Below, piece by piece: positions 47,409 through 58,526 of a DNA stretch of 64,000 nucleotides (its first letter is position 1; each line of letters starts with the position of its first letter). The notes below the pieces were generated by a model that saw only the letters and a list, made by a program, of their open reading frames with translations, ran no database searches and was not told the origin of the DNA. A program made the translations under genes and the position numbers. Location of the stretch: contig CAWKDB010000010.1 in NCBI GenBank assembly GCA_963848295.1, positions 3,232,001 through 3,296,000 on the forward strand. Reading direction: 5' to 3'. Origin of the DNA: an uncultured delta proteobacterium (GTDB lineage Bacteria; Myxococcota_A; Polyangia; Haliangiales; Haliangiaceae).

Positions 47409-48040
47409 GTCGCACGCGACTCTCGGCCGACGAGCTCGAGCAGCTCACGGCGCGCACACTCGCGCATTACGAAGGCAGCGCATCGGCGTTCTGGCACGGC
47501 ACGCGCGATCACGACGTGGCGCAGAACTATCGCGCGTTGCTCGACGCGATCGAGACGCCTCCGCCGTTCGCGCTGCTCGACCTCGGTTGCGGGCCGGGCC
47601 GTGACCTCGCGCATTTTCGCTCGCAAGGGCACGAAGCGGTCGGGCTCGACGGCTGCGCCGCGTTCATCGAGATGGCGCGCGCGAACAGCGGTTGCGAGGT
47701 CTGGCACCAGAGCTTCTTGCGGCTCGCGCTTCCCCCGGCGCGCTTCGACGGCGTGTTCGCGAACGCATCGTTGTTTCACGTGCCCGATCAAGAGCTGGCC
47801 CGCGTGCTCGCCGATCTCCGTGCGACGCTCGTACCGCGCGGCGTGTTGTTCTGCTCGAATCCGCGCGGCAACGACACCGAGGGCTTCTCCGGCGAACGCT
47901 ACGGTGCCTATCACACGCTCGAGACCTGGCGGGCGCGGATGACCGCGGCGAGCTTCGTCGAGATCGCGCACTACTATCGGCCCGAGGGCAAGCCGCGCGA
48001 CGAGCAGCCGTGGCTCCCGTCGGTGTGGCGCAAGCGCTAA
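47405..48040 (+). CDS. Class I SAM-dependent methyltransferase
   Basis: LLDLGCGPGRD, FDGVFANASLFHVP. Confidence 0.9.
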   Translation: MSRTRLSADELEQLTARTLAHYEGSASAFWHGTRDHDVAQNYRALLDAIETPPPFALLDLGCGPGRDLAHFRSQGHEAVGLDGCAAFIEMARANSGCEVWHQSFLRLALPPARFDGVFANASLFHVPDQELARVLADLRATLVPRGVLFCSNPRGNDTEGFSGERYGAYHTLETWRARMTAASFVEIAHYYRPEGKPRDEQPWLPSVWRKR

Positions 48041-48255
48041 GCGTCGTACTTGAACGACAGCGACACGCGAGCGCGATACGCGACGACCTTGCCGTTCTCG
48101 ACCTTCATATCGAGCTTCGACACTTCGGCGATCCGCAGGTCGCGCAAGCTGCGCCCCGCGGTCTCGACCGCGTTGCGCGCGGCGTCCTCCCACGACTTCG
48201 CGCTCGTGCCGATGATCTCTGTAACGCGATAGACGCCAGCTTCTTTTTTTGCCAT
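48037..48255 (-). CDS. Dodecin family protein
   Basis: VYRVTEIIGTSAKSWEDAA...YRARVSLSFKY. Confidence 0.93.
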   Translation of the reverse strand: MAKKEAGVYRVTEIIGTSAKSWEDAARNAVETAGRSLRDLRIAEVSKLDMKVENGKVVAYRARVSLSFKYDA

Positions 48256-48301
48256 GCGCGACGATAGACGGATCGCGTCGCGCTGGCGCGCTCGCGGAGC
48301 G

Positions 48302-49024
48302 CTAAACCGGAATCGCCAGGTGCGAGACGGTCACAAGGTCGTAGCCGCGCGCTTGGAGCTCGGGTACGAGCAGGCGGACCGCTTCGACCGTCGTGCTCGG
48401 CTTGTTGCCGGCGCGCCCGCGCCGCGCGTCGTGCATGAGGACGATGCTGCCCGGGCGCGCTTGGTCGAGGACTCGGCGCGCGACGTCGTCGGATGGCGCG
48501 CCCTTCCAATCGAAGCTGTTGATGTCCCACAACACGAGGCGCTTCGCGACGCGAGCGAACGCGCGCACGGTCCACGGCGAGCGACCGCCGTACGGTGGGC
48601 GCGCGATCGTCGGCACGGTGCCGGTGGCGCGCAGGATCGCCAGGTCGGTCGCGACGAGCTCGCGCTCGACATCGCGGCTGCGGGTCAGCGGCAGGTAGCG
48701 ATGGTGATAGGTGTGGTTGCCGAGCTCGTGACCTTCGCGCACGATGCGCGCGCACAGCTCGGGATGGGCGTCGACGCTCGAACCGAGCACGAAGAACGTC
48801 GCCTTGACGTCGAGTGCCGCGAGGGCGTCGAGCATCGCGGGGGTGCGCTCGGGATCTGGTCCGTCGTCGAAGGTCAGCGCGATGCGCCGCGTCTCGCGCG
48901 AGCCGTGCGACGACGTGTGCATCGCCCAATCGACCGGACCTTCGAAGCCGCCGTAGCAGACGAGATACGCGACACCGACGACAGCACCGATCGCTACGAC
49001 TGCGAGAATGAGGTGCAGCAGCAT
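48302..49024 (-). CDS. Polysaccharide deacetylase (CE4/NodB)
   Basis: TFDDGP, NHTYHH, RPPYG, DW, LMHD. Confidence 0.94.
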   Translation of the reverse strand: MLLHLILAVVAIGAVVGVAYLVCYGGFEGPVDWAMHTSSHGSRETRRIALTFDDGPDPERTPAMLDALAALDVKATFFVLGSSVDAHPELCARIVREGHELGNHTYHHRYLPLTRSRDVERELVATDLAILRATGTVPTIARPPYGGRSPWTVRAFARVAKRLVLWDINSFDWKGAPSDDVARRVLDQARPGSIVLMHDARRGRAGNKPSTTVEAVRLLVPELQARGYDLVTVSHLAIPV

Positions 49025-49153
49025 GCCCGGAGGTAATGCTAGCGCGATGCCGCGGCCTGCCGGACGTCGCCACGCGGACTTGCGAGCGGAGCGTCAGCCC
49101 TCTGGCGGTGAAGTTTCACCGCCCCGTCTACGGGGCGCCGCGGTGATGCAGAG

Positions 49154-50650
49154 TTACACCCTCCGGCGGCGACGGGTGATCAGCGCACCGAAGGCGAGCA
49201 CCAGCGTTGCCGCGCCGCCGCTTCCGCCTGCGGCGGAACAACCGGCGTGGCTGCCGTCGCCGGTCTCGCCGTTGCCGTCGCCCGATCCGCTGCCGCTACC
49301 GCTACCGGATCCGCTGCCGTCGCCGCTACCGGATCCGCTGCCGTCGCCGCTGCCGGATCCGCTACCGGATCCGCTACCGCTACCCGATCCGCTACCGCTA
49401 CCGCTGCCGCTGCCGCTTCCCTCGCCTAGCGCTGCGAGCTTCGAGCCATCGGGCGTCCCGTTGCCGGTCGGGCCGTCCCAGCCGGTGCCGGCTTTGCACA
49501 ACGCGCTCGAGCACGAGCCGTTCGTGCCGCTCGTGACATCGAAGAACGCCGCGGTGTGCTCGTACGCGAAGTGAGCGGTGGCGCCGCCATTGCCGGTCGC
49601 CGCGAAGATGCCGGCGACGAGCGGGCTCGCGGCGCTGGTACCGCCGATCACCGACCAGCCACCCGCGGCGGCCATGTAGGTCGCGACGCCGGTGTTGGGA
49701 TCGCCGACCGCCGACACATCGGAGGTCATGCGCTTGCTGCATGCGGTGCTGGTCTGCCACGACGGCTTCGCGACGCTCTGGCTGCACGCGCTCCCGCCGT
49801 CGTTCCACGCGGCTTCGACCCAGCCGCGGCTATTGCTCGCCGGTTGTAGCGACGTGCCGCCGACCCCGATCGTGTACGCCGAGGTCGCGGGATAGTCCGG
49901 ACCCTGGCCGCCGTCGTTGTAGCCGTCATCGCCCGCGGCGACGAAGATCGAGACGCCCGCATGGTTGAAGTACGTCTCGGTCTCGCTGACCGTGCCGAAC
50001 GTGCCCTCGGGTGCGCCCCAGCTGTTCGTGATGACGGTCGCGCCCATGCTCGCGGCGGTCGCGTTCGCGATGAACAGACCGTCGCTCTGATCGTCGTCGG
50101 CTTGCAACACGAGCAACTTGCAGTGCGGACACGCCGCGCTCGCCATATCGACGTCGAGCGACGTCTCTTCGTTCCAATCGGTGTTGCCCGACGGCAGCGG
50201 TGAGGTCGCGCCGGTCTGGTTGACGATCTTCAAGCAGCCGTTCGCCTTCGTGCACGCGGGCAGGCCGTACTGAGTGCGGTACTTGCCGAGATCGCTCTCG
50301 AGTGCCGAGTAACCGTACGCGCCGACGATCGCGATCGTGGCGCCGGGATCGAGCGTCGTATCGATCGAGTACGCGCTCGCGAGATCGTCGGCGCCGAGCC
50401 CTTGCGGCGTCGCGAAGGTCTGCGGTCGGCCCGACTCGTCGGTGCGGATGCGAGCGAAGCAGCGAAACCTGCTGCCGTTGCAGACCGCCGCTTGCGGATA
50501 CTGGACGACCGCGGCGATCTCGGCGGGAAGCTGAGAGGCGCGGTCAGACGGATCGCTCCGTGTCGTCGGTGGATCGACGGTGCACGAAACGAGCAGAGCG
50601 GTGCACGCGACGGAAAGTTGCAGCGCGAACGACTTCGAGATGACTCGCAT
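49154..50650 (-). CDS. S53 (sedolisin-like) peptidase with GS linker and MYXO-CTERM-like tail
   Basis: EETSLD, AAGDDG, GGTSAASP, GWDGPTGNGTP; GC...TM...RRRRV. Confidence 0.88.
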   Translation of the reverse strand: MRVISKSFALQLSVACTALLVSCTVDPPTTRSDPSDRASQLPAEIAAVVQYPQAAVCNGSRFRCFARIRTDESGRPQTFATPQGLGADDLASAYSIDTTLDPGATIAIVGAYGYSALESDLGKYRTQYGLPACTKANGCLKIVNQTGATSPLPSGNTDWNEETSLDVDMASAACPHCKLLVLQADDDQSDGLFIANATAASMGATVITNSWGAPEGTFGTVSETETYFNHAGVSIFVAAGDDGYNDGGQGPDYPATSAYTIGVGGTSLQPASNSRGWVEAAWNDGGSACSQSVAKPSWQTSTACSKRMTSDVSAVGDPNTGVATYMAAAGGWSVIGGTSAASPLVAGIFAATGNGGATAHFAYEHTAAFFDVTSGTNGSCSSALCKAGTGWDGPTGNGTPDGSKLAALGEGSGSGSGSGSGSGSGSGSGSGSGSGDGSGSGSGDGSGSGSGSGSGSGDGNGETGDGSHAGCSAAGGSGGAATLVLAFGALITRRRRRV

Positions 50651-50818
50651 GACCGAGTGGCTTCATCACGACGCGTGCCACGCGACAGCCGATCATGATC
50701 TCGCGAGCTACCGCGAGGTCGTGCAGACCCGTGCGCGACTTCTCGTAGCGTTTTGCTACTGCTAAGCGTGCAAGATCGCGCGCGTATCGCCGTCCTCAGG
50801 ATCCGTCAGGCGCGATCA

Positions 50819-51178
50819 TCACACATGTGCGACGACGTACGTCAACGCGAACGCGATGCCCGCGGGCAGCGCCTGCGCGAACAGGATCTTTTTCGACACG
50901 GTCGCCGCTCCATAGATGCCGGCGACGACGACGCAACCGAGAAAGAACAGTCGAACGTCGTACGCGCCGGTGTACAGCGACCACGCGAGCCCGGCGGCGA
51001 GGAAGCCGTTGTACAGCCCCTGATTCGCGGCGAGCACCTTGCTGTCCTCTTGCTGCTCCGCGGTTCGACCGAAATTCTTTTGGCCGTAGGGCGTCGCCCA
51101 CAGGAACATCTCGAGCACGAGGAAGTAGACGTGGAGCACCGCGACGATCACGGTGAAGATCTGGGACGCGAGTAGCAC
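50819..51178 (-). CDS. DUF1304 membrane protein
   Basis: LHVYFLVLEMFLW, ANQGLYNGFLAAG, QALPA. Confidence 0.9.
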   Translation of the reverse strand: MLLASQIFTVIVAVLHVYFLVLEMFLWATPYGQKNFGRTAEQQEDSKVLAANQGLYNGFLAAGLAWSLYTGAYDVRLFFLGCVVVAGIYGAATVSKKILFAQALPAGIAFALTYVVAHV

Positions 51179-51179
51179 G

Positions 51180-51779
51180 TCAGCGCAGCCCGATCTGGAG
51201 CTGACCGAGCACATCGAGCTGGACGCGTTCGAACGTCGGGCGATCGATCACCATCGTGAGGTCTCCCGGCTGGTCGGCATATGTCCGCGCGAGCTCGCCG
51301 TCGTCGACGCGATAGCCGAGCTTGTCGAACACGCGGCGCGAAGCGACGTTCGCCGGCACGATCGAAGCGAAGATCCGATCGAGCGATAACTGGGAGAACC
51401 CGAACGCATTGATCATGATCGCGAACCGCGTGCCGAGCCCTTTGCCCTGCTCCGACGGCGCGCCGATCATGAACGCGAACTCGCACGAGCCGTCGCGGAT
51501 ACCGCGCAGGTCGGCATCGCCGACGAGCTTGTCATCGCGGAACAGCAGGAACGGCCGCGCGCCGTCCTCGAACATGCCCTCGTAGTGATCGACGACCTCG
51601 GTTTCGGTGATCTTCTCGCCGTGGCCGAGCAGGGGCATGTTGACCGGCTCGTTGTAGCCGGCGGCGAGCGCGGCGGCGTGCTCGCCGACCTCGGCGAGGG
51701 TCGGCTCGAACGCGGTTAGAGTGCCGACGTCGGTCTGCCACGTGATCCGGAACCCAGGCGCGTCCACGAGCGCGAGCAT
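51180..51779 (-). CDS. GNAT N-acetyltransferase (RimJ/RimL-like)
   Basis: QGKGLGT, NVASRRVFDKLGY. Confidence 0.85.
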   Translation of the reverse strand: MLALVDAPGFRITWQTDVGTLTAFEPTLAEVGEHAAALAAGYNEPVNMPLLGHGEKITETEVVDHYEGMFEDGARPFLLFRDDKLVGDADLRGIRDGSCEFAFMIGAPSEQGKGLGTRFAIMINAFGFSQLSLDRIFASIVPANVASRRVFDKLGYRVDDGELARTYADQPGDLTMVIDRPTFERVQLDVLGQLQIGLR

Positions 51780-51796
51780 ACGATACTCTGCGGGTC

Positions 51797-54638
51797 GTGA
51801 GCGCACCGCATGACCCGTGGACGACGATCGAAGCCGAAGCCGTGGATGCGTACCGCGGCGCGGGCAAGTTCCCGCTGCGCGCGTACTCGGAGTTCATGCC
51901 TCCGCCGTACATCGCGATCAAGCCGTATGCGCCGACGCTCGCAGCGGCGTGCGCGACGTTCACCGCCGGTCACGGCGACCAGGTGCACGGCATGGAGAGC
52001 GGCGGGCGTGCCCCGACGCTCGGGATCGACGAGTACGAGCAGGCGCACGACCTCGCGCCGGGGTTCGATCGGATCGGTGCGCGGATCGTCGCGGAGCTCG
52101 GCAAGCTCGTGCGCGGTCAACCCCACGCGCTGTCGAAGACGCTGCTCGAAGGCAATCCGGCGTGGCCGGCCGAGCTCGCCGCCGCGGCGAAGGCGGGCGC
52201 GCTCGCCGACGATCCGCTGATCGTGATCGCGTCGCTCGCGTTGTCGCGCACGCAAGACGACAAGGGTAACGAGCGCTGGACGATGTTCGGGACGAGCCAC
52301 GACGGGCCGGCGCGTGCGATGTGGCACGGCTGCGACGGCCAGAAGCTCGCCGACGTCATGACCTGGGCGGGCGTCTCCGGTGCGTGGAAGCTCCTCGGAG
52401 AGGACGTTCCACCGGCGCTGCGCTCGCACCTGCTCGGCGCGACGCCGATCGGCGAGGTCCGTGCGCTCGTGACGTTCACCCCGTTCGCGCGGCTGCCGCA
52501 GCCGGTGCGAGATGCGTATCTCGCGCGCAAGCTGACGCTGATCCCGACGCCGGCGACGCTCGTGTTCTACGAGCATCCGAGATATCGCGCACTCGCCGCG
52601 GTGCTGCCGCGGGCGACACAGATCCCGCTGCTCCACGTGTTCCCGCGGGTCGAGGCGAGCTGCGCGATCCGGATCCCGCAATCGGGGTGGCTCGACGAGC
52701 GCGACCCGGCGCAGCAGCAGCACGGCCACCGCATCGTCGGCGACATCGCGCGGACTCACCGCTGGCAGCGCGTCGAGCGCGATAGCGATGCGATCCACGG
52801 CGACGGCGCGTACACCGATAAGGTCTCGACCGCGCTGTTCTCGACCGAGCCCGACGACCTCGGGCTCTACGACAAGCCGCTCGCGCGCAACGTCGAGATC
52901 TGGACCGGCGACTACGAGCTGTTGCTCGACGGTCCGCGTGCCGACCGTAGCGCGCTGAAGCGCGCGGCCGGGATCGTCGATGCCGGCGGCCGGTTCGGCT
53001 ACCGCATGGCGTATCCGCCGATGCGCGCGGGGTTGCGCGAGTTGTTCTGGCACGCGCCGGTCGTCGCGAAGCCGGACGGCCGGTTCGTCGATGCGCCGCG
53101 CGGCTACATCACCGCGGAATCACCGAATCGCGAGCCGTTGCTGCTCGAGCCGAAGTTGCTGGCGCGGCCCGTTCATCGCGCGGTCGCGACGCTGTTCGAG
53201 CGCGACCCGGGGCGCGCTCGGCACACGACTGCTCACAACGCACGCAAGTTGCTCGAGATGCATCAGCTGCTCGGCGCCAAGCTCGATCCCGAGCACGCGC
53301 GGGCGCTCGTGCATTGTGCGAAGACCGACTCGCTCGCGGCATGGCTCGACGCGATTCCGGGGCGCGCGTCGGATCGCACGGCCGGCGGCTGGCTCGTCAG
53401 GGAGCTCAGCGCGTGCCTCGGTGCACCGCACGATGCCGGCGAGATCCGGGTCATCGACAAGCTCGGGACGCGCGCGTTCGAGGAACAGATCTGGACGTCG
53501 ATCGCCTCGCTCGCGCACGGCGAGTTCAAGCAGAAGGACAACGCCGACGGCGTCCGCGCGAACAAGGGCAAGCACGGCGGCCCCGCGGCGAAGGCGGCGC
53601 ACGTCGTCGCACACGAGCGCCGCGACCTCGAAGCGCTCGGCGATCACCTGCACGCGCGCTATCGCAAGTTGATCGAAGCGGCAGGCATGAACGGCAAAGC
53701 CGAAGTGGTCGACCACGTGTTTCGCTGGGACAGCGACTTCGACTTTCCGTGGATGGAGGGTTGGGAGAAAAACCAGCAGGGCCCTAAAGAGCGCAACATC
53801 GTGATGATGATCCCCGGTCGCAATCGCGGCGAGGCGATCGTGATGGGCGATCACTACGACACCGCGTACATGGAAGACGTGTACGACGCGGATCAGCGGC
53901 GGCGATCAGCTGCGAGCGGCCGCGTGCGGCGCCGACGACAATCACTCGGCGACGACCGCGCTGCTGCTCGCGGCCGAGCACTTACTTCCGCTCGCCCGCG
54001 CGGGCAAGCTCGAACGCGACGTCTGGCTGATCCACCTGACCGGCGAGGAGTTCCCGTCCGACTGCATGGGCGCGCGCGCGTTGTGTCAGGGTCTGGTCGA
54101 GCGCTCGCTCGCGTTCACCGCGGAAGATGGCTCGAAGCGCGAGGTCGGCCACGTGCAGGTCGTCGGCGCGTTCGTGCTCGATATGGTCGGTCACAACTCG
54201 GACCGCGATCGCGACGTGTTCCAGATCGCGCCGGGCGAGGGCGCCGCCTCCGCGCGGCTCGCCTTGCGCGCGCATCGCGCGAACCGCCGGTGGAACGCGC
54301 TCGCGCAGACGTGGAATCGCGATGCTGCTCGCGGCGAGGCCGGGCGCGCGCAGCGCATGCCGGATCGCACGGTGCCGCCGCCGTTCGCGCACTTGCCGCT
54401 GTTCGGCGAGATCCGCGTCGAGTGGGAGCCGCGGTCCGCGCTGTACAACACCGATGGTCAGATCTTTAGCGACCTCGGCATCCCGGTCGTGCTGTTCATG
54501 GAGAACTACGACATCAGCCGCAAGGGCTATCACGACACGCACGACACGATGGAGAACATCGACCTCGACTACTGCGCGGCGCTCACCGCGATCGCGATCG
54601 AGACCGTGGTCGACTGCGCGTGCTCCGAGGCGCCGTAG
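51797..54638 (+). CDS. M28 peptidase with about 600-aa uncharacterised N-terminal region; +1 frameshift near 53895; about 946 aa if corrected
   Basis: GDHYDT before the shift; GADDNHS, TGEEFP, LDMVG, YHDTHDT after it in the frame of ORF 54066-54638. Confidence 0.85.
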
Positions 54639-55867
54639 TGGCCACATCGGCCAACCTCGACGTTCGCGCGCACACGAAGAAGCGCGGACTGTTTCGCCGC
54701 AACGCCGACCCCGAAGAAGTCGCCGATCGGCTCGAGCGGATGATCAAGCGGCTCGAGAAGGATGCGGTCGATAAGCTCGGCTGGAAAAAAGACCGCTACA
54801 TCGTCACGCTCGATTTCCATCACGCGGCGCCGAACGTCAAGCTGACGGTCGAGCCCGACGGCGAGCTGCGCGCGCGGGCGACGACGGCCGGCATCGGCCC
54901 GGGCTATCACGCCGAGGTCGTGCAACGCCTCGATCACGTGCTCGAGGAGCTCGAGTTCGTGTGGACCGACAGCGACGACTACGCCACGCATCGCGACGTC
55001 GGCAAGCTCCAGCTCGCGATGGCGACCTGGCTCGCGGAGCTGATGACGGGAGATGATCAGGTCGCGATCGGGATGCCGCCGGAGCACGTGTTTCGCGTCG
55101 ACGCGCCGGTGCTGACCGCGCTGGGCCCGCGCGATGCCGCGTGGCGCCAGGCCGTCGTCGCCGATCCGCTCCGCGCCGCCGACGCGTTCGCGTGGTGGCA
55201 GCCCGAGGCCGCCGGTCATGCCGAGCGCGCGAGCGCGTTGCTCGCGATGTGGCTCGAAGTGCCGTGGCGAGAGCCACTCGATAAAGCCGAGCGCGCGTTG
55301 ATGAAGCGCGTCGATGCCGAGCTGCGGATCGCGCACAAAGCCGATCGCGAGCTCGAGCTGCCGTGGGCGGACTGGGCCGCGATGCTCGGCCACCTCGGCG
55401 TGAACGACAAGCACGCGGATCGCGTGCGCGCGCGCGCCGGCGACGCGCAGCCGACGATCGGCTATCGCCGCTACGACATGGAGGTCGAGCTGTCGGGCGG
55501 CTGGACCGCGGCGATCGGCGGCGGGTTCTTATCGAGCTGGGAAGACGATGGCGCGAAGTTCTGGGCGACCGACGGTGATCGCAGCCTCGAGTTCACGAGC
55601 ATCACCGCGAACGGCGCGCACTCGTCCGACGAGCTGCTCGCGATCGCGCCCGAGCGCTTCGCGGTGGTCGCGCGCCTCGACGAGGGAGAACGCCGCGGCC
55701 GCGCCGAAGCGCAAGATGACAGCGACGGCGTGCACGTCGTCCATGGCCTCATGGCCGAGGCGCCGCACGTCGGGATCTTGACGTGCAAGGGCCGGCCGAG
55801 CGACCAGTCCTGGGCGCTCGCGACCTGGCGCAGCCTGAAGCGCGTCACCGAGAACCCCGACGACTAA
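54638..55867 (+). CDS. Hypothetical protein
   Basis: 409-aa ORF overlapping the upstream stop (TAGTG). Confidence 0.7.
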   Translation: MATSANLDVRAHTKKRGLFRRNADPEEVADRLERMIKRLEKDAVDKLGWKKDRYIVTLDFHHAAPNVKLTVEPDGELRARATTAGIGPGYHAEVVQRLDHVLEELEFVWTDSDDYATHRDVGKLQLAMATWLAELMTGDDQVAIGMPPEHVFRVDAPVLTALGPRDAAWRQAVVADPLRAADAFAWWQPEAAGHAERASALLAMWLEVPWREPLDKAERALMKRVDAELRIAHKADRELELPWADWAAMLGHLGVNDKHADRVRARAGDAQPTIGYRRYDMEVELSGGWTAAIGGGFLSSWEDDGAKFWATDGDRSLEFTSITANGAHSSDELLAIAPERFAVVARLDEGERRGRAEAQDDSDGVHVVHGLMAEAPHVGILTCKGRPSDQSWALATWRSLKRVTENPDD

Positions 55868-57804
55868 TAGGTGAACTGGACCTCGTCGTACGGCGTCGGG
55901 TGGCTGCGTTGCAGCTTCATGGCCCAGATCCGATCGTCGACGCACGACCGCACCGCGGCAGCGGCGACGACGGTCACGGCGACGATCTCGTCGCGCGTCA
56001 GCTCGAGGTCGACCGAGACCTCGGTCTCGGGCGCGAACGCGGCGGCGCGGCAGTTCGCGACGATCCGTCCGATCCGCTCGCGTAGCTCCGGCTCGGCGGT
56101 GCGCCCGATCGATCCGTAGCGGCCGTAGCCGACATCGTCCGACGACGTCGAGAACCTCCCGCTGTGGGTGCTGAACGACATCCCGTCGCCAACGCCGTCC
56201 GCGCCGCCCCACGTCGCGATCAGGCTGAGCTGTCCGTTGACCGCCTCGGCCGCGCGGCCGATCTCGGCCAAGACTCTGTCGTCGGTGACGAGCTGCGTCG
56301 CGCTCAGCTCGCGCGCGAGGTCGCGGCTCCGGGCGGGCTCGGGCCGAAATGCGTACTCGACCGGGTGCGTCCACAGCTCGCCCGCGATCGAGATCGGCCC
56401 GGAGAACCGGTCGCCGTGCTGCCACCACACGCATGATTCGCCGGCGGCGATCGATTCGCAGGTCGAACCGTCGAGGCTGTCCCAAGTCGGCGCGTGGACC
56501 ACGACGTGCTCGAGAGCGACCGGCCGGATCAGCATCGTCGCGTCGGCGTGGCCCTGGTCATCGGCGCGGCCATCGATCGCGATGCCTTCGGTCGCGCGGG
56601 CGAGGGGTGCGAGCGCGAGATCATCGTCGCGGGTCGCCACCCCCGATGCCGTGCACAACGACACCGCATGGACCAGCGTGCCGGTCGGAAGTGCCGCGGC
56701 GAGCTTGGCCTTGTCGAGGCCGGTGATCCGCGCCGCCCACAGCTCATCGCTAAACACGATCGCACGCCGGGTGCCGGTCGCGTGCGCGAGCCACTTCGCG
56801 GCTTCGGCGAGTCCGACATCGACGTTCGAACCATTGCGCAGCTCGAGTTGCGAGAGCTGTCTCGCGATCAGCGGCGCGGCTCGTGCCGCGGTCATCCAGT
56901 CGCCGAGCAACGGCTGCGCGGTGCGCGTCACGACGATGACTTGCACCTTCGAAGTCGGTGCGAGCTTCAAGTACGACGCGACGAGCGCGCTCTGCACGGC
57001 GACCTGCGCTGCGTCGAGCGAGCGCGAGCCGTCGAGCACGAGCACGGTGTGGAGATCGGCCGGCACGTCGGCGAGCTCGCCCGCCAAGGCGAGCTCGACC
57101 CGCGCGAAGTCATCGTCGGCCAACGCGAGGCGGCCGGCGAATCCGCCGATCCGCTGCGGGCCGCTCGGTCGCGTCGCGAGCCCGCGGTCCGCGAAGCCGA
57201 ATACCGCAGGCGTGGCGGTATCACTCGACTCATCGTGACGACACGCGGTGACGACCTTGTCGCGCTCCGGCCGAACGTCGCCCAGCCCGGCCGTCGCGCG
57301 CGTCCAGCGCTGCGGGGCGACGACGTAGCGCGCGTCGCCGAAGAAACACGTCGGCGCGGCGATGTCGATGACGAGCGAGACGTGCGATCGCTTGGCGACG
57401 ATGATCGAAACCTCGAGCTCGTGGAGTCCGCTCGTGATCTCGATGCCCGAGCCGGGGTTGCGTCCGGGCGCGCCTTGGGCCAACCCGGTGAACATGCGAT
57501 CGGCGTCGACCGCCGGCCGGAGCGCGAGCGCGTGCACGACGCCGCCGACCGTCGCGGTCGCCGCGGTCGCTGCGGCGCCGAACGGGAGGTCGATCTGGAT
57601 GTCGCCACGCTCGCTCGGGCGGACGTCGAGCTCGTAGCGGGCGGACAACATCGCGGTCGCCCCGCGCAGCGAACCGCGAACCACGACCGGCGCGAGTGGC
57701 TGGTCGGAATCGGAGTCGGTATCGGCGTGGGCCGATCCGAACGCGGCGACGAGCACGGCGGTGCAGACCAGCGATCGCAACACCTCGTGGGACACCGGCG
57801 TCAC
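55864..57804 (-). CDS. Secreted protein with vWA-like domain
   Basis: Signal peptide; VLVLDGSRS (DxSxS MIDAS), GSNVDVGL, IVFSD. Confidence 0.7.
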   Translation of the reverse strand: MTPVSHEVLRSLVCTAVLVAAFGSAHADTDSDSDQPLAPVVVRGSLRGATAMLSARYELDVRPSERGDIQIDLPFGAAATAATATVGGVVHALALRPAVDADRMFTGLAQGAPGRNPGSGIEITSGLHELEVSIIVAKRSHVSLVIDIAAPTCFFGDARYVVAPQRWTRATAGLGDVRPERDKVVTACRHDESSDTATPAVFGFADRGLATRPSGPQRIGGFAGRLALADDDFARVELALAGELADVPADLHTVLVLDGSRSLDAAQVAVQSALVASYLKLAPTSKVQVIVVTRTAQPLLGDWMTAARAAPLIARQLSQLELRNGSNVDVGLAEAAKWLAHATGTRRAIVFSDELWAARITGLDKAKLAAALPTGTLVHAVSLCTASGVATRDDDLALAPLARATEGIAIDGRADDQGHADATMLIRPVALEHVVVHAPTWDSLDGSTCESIAAGESCVWWQHGDRFSGPISIAGELWTHPVEYAFRPEPARSRDLARELSATQLVTDDRVLAEIGRAAEAVNGQLSLIATWGGADGVGDGMSFSTHSGRFSTSSDDVGYGRYGSIGRTAEPELRERIGRIVANCRAAAFAPETEVSVDLELTRDEIVAVTVVAAAAVRSCVDDRIWAMKLQRSHPTPYDEVQFTY

Positions 57805-57839
57805 CCGAATGGTTTCGGCTTTGGTGTACCGTCCGACCC

Positions 57840-58511
57840 ATGGATTCAGACATGGGCGACATGATGCTCTTCCGCGCGCTTGGCCCGATGATGATGGTCG
57901 TGCCGTTGTTCATCGGCACGATCTTGGGTGGCCCCCTGGTGCTGTACCTCGTGGCGCGCTGGCGGGCGAACCGCGACAAGGTCGTCGACCCTCAGCTCGG
58001 CCAGAAGGTCGCCCTCGGCTACTTCGCGTTCGTCGCACTCCAGCTCGTGCTGATCGGCACGTTCGTCGTCATGTGGATGGTGATGTCGACGATGCCCTCC
58101 GAGGAGCGCGGCGCGTTCTATCGCGTCGGCTTCGGGATCCTCGTGCCATCGGGGCTCGTGCTCGGCATTCACATGTGGCTGCTCGGTCGCACGAATCAGG
58201 TGCTGTTTCCGGGCGTGCGCCGGTTGTTCCAGGGCTACAACTTCTTGACGATCGGCCTGATCGGCCTGATCGCGATCGAGATCGTGTTTCAAGCGCTGTT
58301 CTCGAAGGGCAGCTCGGGGGAGATGGGGCGCGTCGGGGCGGCGCTGTTCCTCGTCTACGGCACGGCCTGGCTCGTCACCGGCGTGATGTTCTCGCAGGGC
58401 ACCGGGAGCGCTTCGCAGCCCGCGCCCGAGGTCGTGACGCCGCCGGGGCCCGACGCGGGCCAATCGCTGCCGCACCTCGGCGACGGTTCCTACCCGCCGC
58501 TGCAGAAATAG
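57840..58511 (+). CDS. Hypothetical multi-pass membrane protein
   Basis: Five hydrophobic segments and a Pro-rich tail. Confidence 0.72.
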   Translation: MDSDMGDMMLFRALGPMMMVVPLFIGTILGGPLVLYLVARWRANRDKVVDPQLGQKVALGYFAFVALQLVLIGTFVVMWMVMSTMPSEERGAFYRVGFGILVPSGLVLGIHMWLLGRTNQVLFPGVRRLFQGYNFLTIGLIGLIAIEIVFQALFSKGSSGEMGRVGAALFLVYGTAWLVTGVMFSQGTGSASQPAPEVVTPPGPDAGQSLPHLGDGSYPPLQK

Positions 58512-58526
58512 CGCTACCGTTCGCGC

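Noticed and set aside
49270..49420. Tandem (CCGCTR/CCGGAT)n DNA repeat, with a similar one at about 18320-18400
   Set aside because: Encodes Gly-Ser linkers with synonymous variation; protein-level low complexity.
51797..54469. 890-aa ORF as a complete protein
   Set aside because: The last 190 or so residues are off-frame; M28 motifs continue in another frame to 54638.
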